This document shows, piece after piece, positions 44,369-57,094 of a DNA stretch of 64,000 bases. The first letter of the stretch is position 1. Each line of letters starts with the position of its first letter. The notes under the pieces are model-generated. The model made no database searches. It had not been told where the DNA came from and saw only the letters and a list, made by a program, of their open reading frames with translations. Source of the DNA: Macrostomum lignano (taxonomy: Eukaryota); assembly GCA_002269645.1 (NCBI GenBank), contig NIVC01000106.1, positions 62,001 to 126,000 on the forward strand, written 5' to 3'. Made by a program: the position numbers and the translations under genes.

Positions 44369-44628
44369 CAGACGAAAGCTCCCGTTCAACAAAGAGCGAC
44401 ACAAACGCGCCCTTCACATCGCGGCAAGTCTTTGTAGCCACATTGTTTCGAACCGTGTCGCACCGAAAAAAGCTGTGCGTCTCCGTGACGCACCGGTACA
44501 GACAGTTCGCCGCTTTGGGGCTGGCCAACCGGAATCCCATTTCTCTGATGCTGCCGTTCTCTTGGCTCAGCGACAGGTAGAGAAATCGATCGCTAATTGT
44601 CACCTGTTGCACTCTCGGATAAGGATGT
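44369..44628 (-). CDS. MYLIP: MYLIP/IDOL exon 3 of 5 (FERM F3 lobe)
   Basis: [10 protein letters not shown]...[21 protein letters not shown]...[11 protein letters not shown] matches IDOL LYRAITETHAFYRCDTV. Acceptor TTGCAG, donor GTGAGT. Confidence 0.93.
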
Positions 44629-44948
44629 CTGCAATGTACAGATTTAATAGATTTTTGTTTAAAAGAAAACGAAGTTAGCTAATTTAAACATGCACATTTA
44701 AAGTGTTTTAAAAACATTTACTTTCGATACATATCGGCAAGAAATTATGACGGACACTAAAACTATTTTCGATACATATCGGCGTGAAGTTATATCGATA
44801 TGTAATATCGATGCATTGATTATTTTCTATACATATCGGCAAGACATTATTTCAGACGCTATTATCTATTTTCGATACATATCGGAGATATAAATTTCGA
44901 GTAAAAAAACTTATAAGAAACATATCGGCCCCCGAAAAAACACCTTAC

Positions 44949-45521
44949 CTTTCGAATGCAGTTTTAGCATCCGGGCGGCACAGCCAAACAGCGTCGGGAC
45001 CAACGGCCACATTGAGTCTGGACTCCAAATGATCCTTAGCCTCGTGATAGTGACTGCCGTACATTGACAAGCCAGCTGATGCTGTCTGTAACAGCCTGTA
45101 CTCTGCCGCCGTTGGTGACAACTCCAACAATTTATTGTGATACTCCACGGCAGATTTGCACAATTCCAAGAATTCCTCCCTGAAACTGTCAGTCCCGCAG
45201 CTGCCGCCGCTGCTGACGCTGCTGTCATTGTCGTTGTAGCAGCTGTCTTCATCGTTGAAGTCAAGCAGACGACTCAAGATTTGTCGGCATAATCTGTTGC
45301 TGCTGCTCAAGGATCCGCTGCCAAAATCTGCTTGGACAATTAAAGCGGCCAGTCGGGCTGCCAGAGGCTCCTGCTGACTGTCGTCCTCTGAGTCGAATGA
45401 TGACGAAGCGTCGCTGCCCGAATCTGGACTCCGAGATCCTTGACCTTGTTGAAGGTCCTTGTCCAGCAGCCAGTGATGTCTGTCCAGTAGTCGACTCCGG
45501 ACGTCCAGGTAAACTTGATGC
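44949..45521 (-). CDS. MYLIP: MYLIP/IDOL exon 2 of 5 (FERM F2 lobe and start of F3)
   Basis: HQVYLDVR...ARLAALIVQADFG...AEYRLLQTAS..LSMYG..YHEAKD. Acceptor ACACAG, donor GTAAGG. Confidence 0.9.
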
Positions 45522-45601
45522 CTGTGTCAGCGGGGCAGACGTTGTTGAATAAATTTAATAAGAGTCAGGACTCAGAGCTCTTCGGTGGGCGACGCACCAT
45601 A

Positions 45602-45832
45602 GGGGCGCCCTTTTTTTGTGGGGGCGCCGTTTTTTGTGGGGGCGCCATTTCAACTGTGGGGGCGCCATTTCAATTGTGAAGCGCCATTTCAATTGTGGGG
45701 GCGTCATTTCAACTGTGGGGGCGCCATTTCATTTTTGGGGACGTCGTTTCAATTGTGGGGGCGCCATTTCATCTGTGGGGGTGCCATTTTAATTTTGGGG
45801 GCGCCATTTCAACTGTGGGGCGCCATTTCAAT
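45602..45832. repeat. Minisatellite, 20-bp unit GGGGGCGCCATTTCAA(C/T)TGT (MYLIP intron 1)
   Basis: Read directly. Confidence 0.85.
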
Positions 45833-45901
45833 TGCACTATCCCCGGCCTGGCTACTGATTTAAAAACCGAATTGTATGGTTAAGTATGCTTTGTTTCTTA
45901 C

Positions 45902-46272
45902 CTGGTCTCCTGGTGGAGCATCATGTGAGGCGGCACATAGAATTTGACTCTTAGATAAAGCCGATAGACGCCGTTAAGCGCCAGGGTCGTTGGCAATTGC
46001 TGGTACAAACGGTTGCGCATATTAACCCACAGCTCCTCGCGTTTGGCGCCGAAGTAGGTTAAGCCGAAATAATCGACTTCGTGGAATACGCCCAAACACT
46101 GACAGACTTTGTCCAAGCAGTCTTGGCCGTTGGCTCGGTAATCTAGGCACACCTGGCATTGAGTTCCGTCTAGTAGAATTACGTCAATGCGAATAGTTCG
46201 CTGACGACCTCGATTGCAGCTTGGCGATGATGAGAGCGATTCATCGTCTGCTAGGACTCCCGTTGAGGCCAT
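45902..46272 (-). CDS. MYLIP: MYLIP/IDOL exon 1 of 5 (FERM F1 lobe)
   Basis: VILLDG...ANGQDCLDKVCQCLGV..EVDYFGL...LWVNMRNRL...LYLRVKFYVPPH. First ATG at 46272 with an in-frame stop further upstream; donor GTAAGA. Confidence 0.9.
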
Positions 46273-48132
46273 TGTCGATGCTTGAACTTGCGACACTTGC
46301 CTCCTTGCTTGCTTCAGAACTTGGAATGAGGAATTCCTCCCGAGTGTTTCGTTGCTTTATATGTTTCACTGTAGTACAGTTTAGTCAGTTCTCAGCCGCG
46401 TGGTCTCTTGGCCTCTTGAAGGGAGAGAGGGGCCTGCTTTGAATATTTGTGACCCTTCCTGTCTATTTTGGGCGTTAACTTCATGCACACGCTTGTAAGT
46501 GCACATTGAAGTGTACATTACCCAAAGCTTTTCCTTGCTTCTCGCGCTCGGGCAAGGGGTTTTCCCAAGGTCATTTAGGCACGCGTGTGTCTCGTGTGGT
46601 GGCGTAAAGAGCGTCAAAATCACTCAATCAGCGAGTGACGGCATGATTGCATGCTCCCCCACTGTTTGAATCATTAGGATTCCTATGTAGCGGAACCAAA
46701 GTAATTTTCTCACCTGTTATCCACCACGTGCTTGTTTTTTTGAAATCGCACCAAGCAAACTCACTGATTCTATTCCGATGGTAAATTTCCATTCGTAAAT
46801 AGGAAATCGTGGAGCGAGCGAACTAGAAAAAAGACTAGAAAGTGTAGCGAAGCCGCCAAGCAAAGGGCGAAAAGAAAAGTATATAATTCGTAAAAATAAC
46901 CTTATTACTTTCGGGAAAATACTGAGGTTAATTTTGTGTACTGTTTGGCAAATAATTAAGTTCCTACAGTTGCAACTCGCTAACTTGAGCATTTTCTGAC
47001 TTTTTTGTAAGACTCGTGAGTAAGAGCACTTTTTTCTTAAAATAGCAATTACGAAGCTAGCAAGCAATTCCAGTGCAAATTTAGCTCGTATAATACAGGA
47101 AACTTTGGCTTCACTTTTATTTTAGTCGAAATTCGAAAACATCAACAAAATAGAAATTCTACGAATTTGAAATGTTTGTGCCTTGAAATACTGTACTGTA
47201 TTGTATGTACACCGACGGGAATCTAGATTAAGATTAATTTCTGCTACCAAAATAGACAACTGGTCTTAATAACACTACTAACAGTAGCAATCAAATGATT
47301 TTTTCAAGCGCTTTACAGTCACTTTTCCGATTAAATTGCTTTGCCTTGGAGAGAATAACCGAGAGGAAAGTGTTCTTACAAGCAATCTATAAACCCTGGC
47401 AGGTTTTTCTCAGCCAAATACAAAAATTGGCTTTTCCTGCTGAATGCAAATATTGAGCAAGCGAAAAAATATCGCTGCAACTTGTATAAGCGAGAGGGAG
47501 GGTAAATATTGAGCAAACACCCCCAGTTTGCGGGGTGGCAAAAAGTCATCAAAAATTTCTTTGGCCAATTTCAACCAAAAGATGAAAAAAAAAGAAATTC
47601 TGATCGCGGAAGGAAGAAACTGCAGAAAGCTGGAGAAATCGAAATGTGCCACTTCCACAGCTGCAGCAATATAATCATCGCTTGTTCAAATTCTAACAAA
47701 GTTAATCGTCATTTCTGCCTGAGAATTATGCATGCATTTTGAGCGGAGGCAGAGAGAAATGAGAAAAATTAGAGTCAAACACTGGCTCAGCAACAATGAT
47801 TCAAGGCTTTGTTAGCTGTTCCGTTTATTGGCAAACAGACAGACAGCCAAATACTGCAGTCACCGTGTATTCAGTGACTGTACATGCATTTCTGAATGTT
47901 GTATTTATACAAAATGCAAGAATTTTAATCCCACTAAACAGGGTCGATCTGCCGCACCTTGAGCTGCAGCACCTTTAACAATTGTTGCTTCAGGTAAATA
48001 CTGAGCTCACACGGTGAGGCCAAGACCCATAGCACACATAGTCCGCGTAACATAATCAAGCGCCCTTGAATGTCCTCATAATTCCAAGTCACAGAGCAAA
48101 ATATTTCCAGCACCAGGGGCGCCAGCACCTGA

Positions 48133-49410
48133 AGCAATCAAGAAGCAATCAAGAAGCAATCTAGAAGCAATCTAGAAGCAATCTAGAAGCAGTCTGGAAG
48201 CAATCTAGAAGCAGTCTGGAAGCAATCTAGATGCAATCTTGAAGCAATCTAAAAGCAGTCTGGAAGCAATCTAGAAGCAATCTAGAAGCAATCTAGAAGC
48301 AATCTAGAAGCAGTCTGGAAGCAATCTAGATGCAATCTTGAAGCAATCTAAAAGCAGTCTGGAAGCAATCTAGAAGCAATCTAGAAGCAATCTAAAAGCA
48401 GTCTGGAAGCAATCTAGATGCAATCTTGAAGCAATCTAAAAGCAGTCTGGAAGCAATCTAGAAGCAATCTTAAAACAATCTAGAAGCAATCTAGAAGCAA
48501 TCCAGAAGCAATCTTGAAGCAATCTAAAAGCAGTCTAGAAGCAATCTTGAAGCAATCTAGAAGCAATCTAAAAGCAATCTTGAAGCAATCTAGAAGCAAT
48601 CTAGAAGCAATCTAGAAGCAATCTTGAAGCAATCTAGAAGCAATCTAAAAGCAGTCTGGAAGCAATCTTGAAGCAATCTAGAAGCAATCTTGAAGCAATC
48701 TAGAAGCAATCTAAAAGCAGTCTAGAAGCAATCTTGAAGCAATCTAGAAGCAATCTTGAAGCAATCTAGAAGCAATCTTGAAACAATCTTGAAACAATCT
48801 AGAAGCAATCTTGAAGCAATCTTGAAGCAATCTAAAAGCAGTCTAGAAACAATCTAGAAGCAATCTAGAAGCAATCTAGAAGCAATCTTGAAGCAATCTA
48901 GAAGCAATCTTGAAGCAATCTTGAAGCAATCTAGAAACAATCTTGAAACAATCTTGAAGCAATCTAGAAGCAATCTAGAAGCAGTCTAGAAGCAATCTAA
49001 AAGCAGTCTAGAAGCAATCTTGAAACTATCTAGAAGCAATCTTGAAGCAATCTAGAAGCAATCTAGAAGCAATCTAGAAGCAATCTAGAAGCAATCTTGA
49101 AGCAATCTTGAAGCAATCTAAAAGCAGTCTAGAAACAATCTAGAAGCAATCTAGAAGCAATCTAGAAGCAATCTAGAAGCAATCTAGAAGCAATCTTGAA
49201 GCAATCTTGAAGCAATCTAGAAACAATCTTGAAACAATCTAGAAGCAATCTAGAAGCAATCTTGAAGCAATCTAGAAGCAATCTAAAAGCAGTCTAGAAG
49301 CAATCTTGAAACTATCTAGAAGCAATCTTGAAGCAATCTAGAAGCAATCTAGAAGCAATCTAGAAGCAATCTAGAAGCAATCTTGAAGCAATCTAGAAGC
49401 AGTGTAGAAG
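48133..49410. repeat. Minisatellite, 11-bp unit GAAGCAATCT(A/T)
   Basis: More than 100 tandem copies read directly. Confidence 0.95.
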
Positions 49411-49984
49411 AAATCCAGACTTTTTATGGAACCTTCAGAAAACAATAATTTTTCAGAAAATGAGATGAGAAAGAAAGCAAAAGAAAAGACAAAAACGCCT
49501 TGAAAGCAAACAAACCGAGTGACTTGAAGCGACACTTTGGCCAACAATCTCTCGACAAATTTTCCAAGTCAGTTGAACACTTTGCAGGCACCGCTGAGTC
49601 AACCTCATATTCCAATATCAATATCAAATAAGTCAAAACTCTGGTCGGCCTGCTCATGCGGGCGAACTAACAATTCTGTCCGAAGCGACATAAGGATTAA
49701 ACATTTCTTTTGAATTCTATTGACTTATAAATTGACTAACTCCGCCGAAAAGTTTACACAATACACTTGTTCATAATCTTTGCGGCAACAGATGCCATGA
49801 GACTTATTTGCCAGCAAGTTATGAGGATTTTCCCATGAATTGAGTCTCCTATGGAAGGGTAGCTTTAAAAGGCCGGATTAGGTGAGAGATTTTGAGAGAC
49901 AGCTTTTTTTGGTCAGGTCCCTGTGAGATCGACGAAAACTCAGTTACGTTCCAGTTCAAGTGCGTGAGATTTCCATTGTGTATT

Positions 49985-50585
49985 TGTAGTTATAGGGTGA
50001 GACTTCCATTTGTGTAGTTTCAGTTCAAGGTTGAGATTTCCATTTGTGTAGTTTCAGTTCAAGGTTGAGATTTCCATTTGTGTAGTTTCAGTTCAAGGGT
50101 GAGATTTCCATTTGTGTAGTTTCAGTTCAAGGTTGAGATTTCCATTTGTGTAGTTTCAGTTCAAGGTTGAGATTTCCATTTGTGTAGTTTCAGTTCAAGG
50201 TTGAGATTTCCATTTGTGTAGTTTCAGTTCAAGGGTGAGATTTCCATTTGTGTAGTTTCAGTTCAAGGTGAGATTTCAATTTGTGTAGTTTCAGTTCAAG
50301 GTTGAGATTTCCATTTGTGTAGTTTCAGTTCAAGGTTGAGATTTCCATTTGTGTAGTTTCAGTTCAAGGTTGAGATTTCCATTTGTGTAGTTTCAGTTCA
50401 AGGTGAGATTTCCATTTGTGTAGTTTCAGTTCAAGGTTGAGATTTCCATTTGTGTAGTTTCAGTTCAAGGTTGAGATTTCCATTTGTGTAGTTTCAGTTC
50501 AAGGTTGAGATTTCCATTTGTGTAGTTTCAGTTCAAGGTTGAGATTTCCATTTGTGTAGTTTCAGTTCAAGGTTGAGATTTCCCT
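49985..50585. repeat. Minisatellite, 34-bp unit GAGATTTCCATTTGTGTAGTTTCAGTTCAAGGTT
   Basis: Nearly identical copies with no spacers. Confidence 0.95.
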
Positions 50586-50614
50586 TTGATGATTAGTTTG
50601 ATAGTTTTGATGAT

Positions 50615-50700
50615 ATAGATTATAGATATAGATATAGATATAGATATAGATATAGATATTGATATAGATATTGATATAGATATTGATATTGATATTGATA
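50615..50700. repeat. (ATATAG/ATATTG)n hexamer repeat
   Basis: Read directly. Confidence 0.9.
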
Positions 50701-51499
50701 GAGACATGGCCGCAATCAATTGCAGAGTGAAAAAAAGAGAATATTGAATTTCTACAGGAACTGGATTGACTGTACAATATATAGATATCCAGCATTTGCT
50801 GCTGACAGAAAAAGCACTGAAGTAGAAACCCCCCTGTCCGTGTGGCATCAAAACCAGTGGTTGTTTTATCCGGCTTATGCCACATCACGAGCTGAACACG
50901 AGCCTCGTGTAATAATATATACATTTCGAACTTCCGCCTTTCGTTTATAAAGAGCGAAAATTTGTTTACACAGATTAACAAATTGCTGATTTTTTGGAAA
51001 CAGAAAAAAATTCTCTCCGAGGGGGACCTCCGACTGTGCCGCCGTGACAGCTCTCCGCGTTCATCCATCAACTAATCTATTTCTGAGGACAGCTCTGTCT
51101 CAGTCAGACGGAAAAATGACTGACTGACTGACTGACTGGCATTCCTAGCCCAGGCTTCAAATAAATTCCAGATCAAGTAAAATCCATGTCGCATTGTGTG
51201 ACCGAGAGAGCTTCCACTGGGTGTTGATCAGCATTCCATCCGTGTGTTGTATCAACAACCAGCTTTAGTTTAGTTGGTTTATTGTTGACAATGCAGCTAT
51301 ACGAGCATATGCCTTTTCAAGTACGTTGCAGATTGCTCTTTGTTTGGCTGTGCGCTGCAGAAACTGATGATTTGTGTTGAAGCGCAGTTAGACACCTGCA
51401 TGCACTCTCTTATCATCTCTTCGATCTCTCTGCATCTCAGTCTCTACCTACCTCTTCATATCTTATCTCACTTCTCCCTTCTCTACCTTCGATTCATTC

Positions 51500-52360
51500 C
51501 CTTCTCTACCCTCCACTCCTTCCCCTCTCTACCCTCCACTCCTTCCCCTCTTTACCCTCCACTCCTTCCCTCTCTACCCTCACTTCTTCCCCTGTCTACC
51601 CTCCACTCCTTCCTTCTCTAACCTCCACTCCTTCCCATCTCTACCCTCCACTCCTTCCCATCTCTACCCTCCACTCCTTCCCCTCTCTACCCTCCACTCC
51701 TTCCCCTCGCTACCCTCCACTCCTTCCCCTCTCTACCCTCCACTCCTTCCCCTCTCTACCCTCCACTCCTTCCTTCTCTACCCTTCACTCCTTCCCCTCT
51801 CTACCCTCCACTCCTTCCCCTCTCTACCCTCCACTCCTTCCTTCTCTAACCTCCACTCCTTCCCATCTCTACCCTCCACTCCTTCCCCTCTCTACCCTCC
51901 ACTCCTTCCCTTCTCTACCCTCCACTCCTTCCCCTCTCTACCCTTCACTCCTTCCCTTCTCTACCCTCCACTCCTTCCTTTCTCTACCCTCCACTCCTTC
52001 CCCTCTCTACCCTTCACTCCTTCCCCTCTCTACCCTTCACTCCTTCCTTCTCTACCCTCCACTCCTTCCCCTCTCTACACTCACTTCTTCCCCTGTCTAC
52101 CCTCCACTCCTTCCCCTCTCTACCCTCCACTCCTTCCCCTCTCTACCCTTCACTCCTTCCCCTCTCTACCCTTCACTCCTTCCCCTCTCTACCCTTCACT
52201 CCTTCCTTCTCTACCCTCCACTCCTTCCCCTCTCTACCCTTCACTCCTTCCCTTCTCTACCATCCACTCCTTCCCCTCTCTACCCTCCACTCCTTCCCCT
52301 CTCTACCCTCCACTCCTTCCCCTCTCTACCCTCCAATCCTTCCCCTCTCTACCCTCCAGT
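51500..52360. repeat. Pyrimidine-rich minisatellite, 23-bp unit TCCTTCCCCTCTCTACCCTCCAC
   Basis: Read directly. Confidence 0.93.
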
Positions 52361-52891
52361 TTTTCCCTTCCCCCCTCGTTTCCATTTAAGATCCTTTCTC
52401 TCCCCTCTCAGAGTCACTCTTTCGTTCTGCCAAAAGCAAGATGACATCCTGTGAACCCTTGATGGCAAGACTGAACCCCTTAGTATAGTAACACGTGTAG
52501 AAGATGGCAGTTAGCACACTCCTGTCTGAATTCATCATTTCTACACCAGCTGGTGAATCAATGAAACGGCATACAAATTATGGAATTTCAGCAAGTTCTC
52601 CATCAATAGACAGGCCTCATACCATCAATACCATCAATACAATCTATCGAGTTCAGATCCTGTGCATAAACTGGGGACCAAAAAATCGCTTTCTTGATAA
52701 CCTTACAAGGTCAGGCATATTGTCAGAATGATGTAAATGTGCTTCTTACGATCGTATAGCGCTGAAAGTAAAGGATGATATAATTAATAAAAACAGATGA
52801 GGTCAAATTGTTGCGCATCAAGTTTTGATGGAATTTGCCCTTTGTTATAAAATTAAGATTGATATTGCCTATGGATAGGTCATGCTAGAAA

Positions 52892-53680
52892 TCAGTGGAT
52901 CATACTGCAAGTCAGTGGGTCATATTGTGAGTCAGTGGGTCATATTGTGAGTCAGTGGGTTATATTGTGAGTCAGTGGATCATACTGCAAGTCAGTGGGT
53001 CATATTGTGAGTCAGTGGGTCATATTGTGAGTCAGTGGGTCATATTGTGAGTCAGTGGGTCAGGCAGCGATTCAGTGGGTCATATTGTGAGTCAGTGGGT
53101 CATACTGTGAGTCAGTGGGTCATATTGTGAGTCAGTGGGTCATACTGTGAGTCAGTGGGTCATATTGTGAGTCAGTGGGTCATATTGTGAGTCAGTGGGT
53201 CATATTGTGAGTCAGTGGGTCAGGCAGCGATTCAGTGGGTCATATTGTGAGTCAGTGGGTCATACTGTGAGTCAGTGGGTCATATTGTGAGTCAGTGGGT
53301 CATACTGTGAGTCAGTGGGTCATATTGTGAGTCAGTGGGTCATACTGTGAGTCAGTGGGTCATATTGTGAGTCAGTGGGTCATACTGTGAGTCAGTGGGT
53401 CATATTGTGAGTCAGTGGGTCATATTGTGAGTCAGTGGGTCATATTGTGAGTCAGTGGGTCATATTGTGAGTCAGTCATATTGTGAGTCAGTGGGTCATA
53501 TTGTGAGTCAGTGGGTCATGCAGCGATTCAGTGGGTCATATTGTGAGTCAGTGGGTCATACTGTGAGTCAGTGGGTCATATTGTGAGTCAGTGGGTCATA
53601 TTGTGAGTCAGTGGGTCATACTGCGAGTCAGTGGGTCATATTGTGAGTCAGTGGGTCATACTGTGAGTCAGTGGGCCATA
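52892..53680. repeat. Minisatellite, 20-bp unit GTGAGTCAGTGGGTCATA(T/C)T
   Basis: Read directly; most units contain TGAGTCA. Confidence 0.95.
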
Positions 53681-53906
53681 ATCAGGTGAACTAGTGGGTC
53701 ATCAGGTGAACTAGTGGGTCATCGGGTGAACTAGTGGGTCATCAGGTGAACTAGTGGGTCATCGGGTGAACTAGTGGGTCATCAGGTGAACTAGTGGGTC
53801 ATCAGGTGAACTAGTGGGTCATCAGGTGAACTAGTGGGTCATCAGGTGAACTAGTGGGTCATCAGGTGAACTAGTGGGTCATCAGGTGAACTAGTGGGTC
53901 ATCAGG
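53681..53906. repeat. Minisatellite, 20-bp unit CAGGTGAACTAGTGGGTCAT
   Basis: Abuts the previous array and shares AGTGGGTCAT with it. Confidence 0.93.
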
Positions 53907-54359
53907 TTCTTGGTTCCATTCAGTATATTGCATTGTGCATTACTTTAGGCGTTAAATTCCAGTATATACTATAAATAAACGGCTGTATATAAATATATAT
54001 AAGATATACTCTGTCGCTGGGCGGTTGGTGAAAGCAAAATAAGTTTGTTTAATTCATGGGCTGCAAGCTTTTATTTTATATATATATTTACATATTTATA
54101 TGTTGGCTCCTATGTGCTTCCAGCAGCGCGACCTCCTGGAGTTTGAAATTGTTTGCTTATATAGTATGTGTGCGGTGGTTGCCCAGCTGAAGGGTAACTC
54201 CAAACACTGCAGCACTGTACTGGCGTGTGTTGATGGCGTTTTAGAAAATGCAAGGACCTCCCCTGCAGAGACCTGGACTGTGCCAGTTTTGATTCTTCCT
54301 GATGTCAGCGAGGATCCACTTTTTGAACGTCGAGACCAACAGCTCGAGCAGCAGGCCGG

Positions 54360-55212
54360 CACCCCCTCGAAGGAAATGGCACCACACCCTCGAAGGAAAT
54401 GGCACCACACCCTCGAAGGAAATGGCACCACACCCTCGAAGGAAATGGCACCACACCCTCGAAGGAAATTGCACAACTCTCAAAGGAAATGGCACCACAC
54501 CCTCGAAGGAAATTGCACAACTCTCAAAGGAAATGGCACAACTCTCAAAGGAAATGGCACAACTCTCAAAGGAAATGGCACCACACCCTCAAAGGAAATG
54601 GCACCACACCCTCAAAGGAAATGGCACCACACCCTCAAAGGAAATGGCACAACTCTCAAAGGAAATGGCACAACTCTCAAAGGAAATGGCACCACACCCT
54701 CAAAGGAAATGGCACAACTCTCAAAGGAAATGGCACAACTCTCAAAGGAAATGGCACCACACCCTCAAAGGAAATGGCACAACTCTCAAAGGAAATGGCA
54801 CCACACCCTCAAAGGAAATGGCACCACACCCTCAAAGGAAATGGCACCACACCCTCGAAGGAAATGGCACCACACCCTCGAAGGAAATTGCACAACTCTC
54901 AAAGGAAATGGCACCACACCCTCAAAGGAAATGGCACCACACCCTCAAAGGAAATGGCACCACACCCTCAAAGGAAATGGCACAACTCTCAAAGGAAATG
55001 GCACCACACCCTCAAAGGAAATGGCACCACACCCTCAAAGGAAATGGCACCACACCCTCGAAGGAAATGGCACCACACCCTCGAAGGAAATTGCACAACT
55101 CTCAAAGGAAATGGCACAACTCTCAAAGGAAATGGCACCACACCCTCAAAGGAAATGGCACCACACCCTCAAAGGAAATGGCACAAAGGAACTGGCAACC
55201 CTTTGAAGGAAA
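54360..55212. repeat. Two-variant minisatellite, AAGGAAATGGCACCACACCCTC(A/G) (23 bp) and AAGGAAATGGCACAACTCTCA (21 bp)
   Basis: Read directly; source of the KEMAPHP/KGNGTT ORFs. Confidence 0.95.
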
Positions 55213-55694
55213 TGGCTCCCCTGAAAAAAGAAAAATTGATTTCATTACACTTCATCATTTCAACACAGTCATTGTCCTTATTCAGCAAAAAGTCAGCTTT
55301 CGAATCCAAGCAACAGCTGCGCTGAAAGGTCCCTGAAAGAGACAACTATTTTTCGGCTTGCTTGACTTTCGCTTTGCTGCTGCCAGAAGATTGTGGGGGA
55401 AAGTGGGGGAGGGGACACTTGAGAGAAAATTCTTTTTTTCAGTTTCCATATTCAGGGCTTCAAGCTGTGAAATCTTTATTCTTATGTTTATTAACTGTTT
55501 TGTTGTAAAATTCGTCGCATATTTTGTTTAAGTTGACTTATTCAACAATACCGGAAATTTAAATAGCTTAGCTGGTTTCATGTTTATTTTTAAACAGAAT
55601 TAAACTCTGACTGCTGCAACAATTGCCAAATGTTTAACGGAACGTGTGAATTTTTTATTTTATAAGAAATACCTCACATTGTCGGCAGGTTTTT

Positions 55695-56570
55695 CATGAG
55701 ATTATCTGTAGGATTCTCATGAGATTATCTGTAGGAGTCTCATGAGATTACATGTGAGATTCTCACGAGATTATCTGTGAGATTCTCATGAGATTTTCTG
55801 TAGGATTCTCATGAGATTATCTGTAGGAGTCTCCTGAGATTACATGTGAGATTCTCCTGAGATTATCTGTAAGATTCTCATAAGCTTTTCTGTAGGATTC
55901 TCATGAGATTATCCGTGAGATTCTTATGAGATTACATATGAGATTCTCACGACATTATCTGTGAGATTCTCATGAGATTATCCGTGAGAAACTCATGAGA
56001 TTATCTGCAGGATTCTCCTGAGATTATCTGTAGGATTCTCATGAGATTATCTGTAGGATTCTCATGAGATTATCTGTAGGAGTCTCATGAGATTATCTGT
56101 AGGAGTCTCACGAGATTATTTGTAGGATTCTCATGAGCTTATTTGTAGGATTCTCATGAGATTATCTGTAGGATTCTCATGAGATTATCTGTAGGATTCT
56201 CATGAGATTATCTGTAGGATTCTCATGAGATTATCTGTGTGGATTCTCACGAGATTATCTGTAGGATTCTCATGAGATTATCTGTAGGATTCTCATGAGA
56301 TTATCTGTAGGATTCTCATGAGATTATCTATATGATTATCATGAGATAATATGTGAGATTTTCATGAGATTATCTGTGGGATTCTCATGAGATTATCTGT
56401 GGGATTCTCATGAGATTATCTGTGGGATTCTCATGAGATTATCTGTAGGAGTCTCATGAGATTATCTGTAGGAGTCTCACGAGATTATTTGTAGGATTCT
56501 CATGAGATTATCTGTAGGATTCTCATGAGATTATCTGTAGGATTCTCACGCGATTATCTGTGAGATTTCT
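55695..56570. repeat. Minisatellite, 23-bp unit GAGATTATCTGTAGGATTCTCAT
   Basis: Read directly; unit junctions form the palindrome TCTCATGAGA. Confidence 0.93.
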
Positions 56571-57094
56571 CACAATATTATCAATGGGATTTCTAACGAG
56601 TCTATTTTTAGCTTAAACTCATTTATTAGCATGTGAAACTTCAAACACGTAAAATTCAGCACAGAAGTCAGCCGCTCTATGAATCATTCGGATAGATTTA
56701 TCAAAGTTTATTCAATCAACACCCGAATGCAGCCTTTTATACTGTAGCCTACCGGAGATAGAGTTAAAGGTCCGTATCTTATCAGTTATTACGCAATCAA
56801 ATAACATTTTCAACTTTTATGGTGACTGAACTAAGCAGTTTATTTAGTTACATCCACAATTAATACGTTAAAAGGTTTACTGGAATATTTGTTTTAAATG
56901 TGCAATTTGTAACCCAAGATTAAAAATTCGCATTACGCAATCGCGGCTCTCGCTGATAGTCGTAACTACAGACGTCAGGTGACTAAAATTTGTTTAAAAC
57001 AAAAGCATTTCGATTTTAATCCGAGAATTTTTGCTGAAACTCAAACCTGAAATCTCTAACAGCCGAATACCTCAGAATCCTGAATTTCCGAGAA

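Noticed and set aside
54100-55336. Long overlapping ORFs (368, 344 and 308 aa), and similar ORFs at 9 kb, 15 kb, 17.4-18.2 kb, 19.4-20.8 kb, 22-24.7 kb, 25.8-26.3 kb, 30 kb, 57-58 kb and 62.5-63.2 kb
   Set aside because: They are translations of micro- and minisatellites, open in several frames at once.
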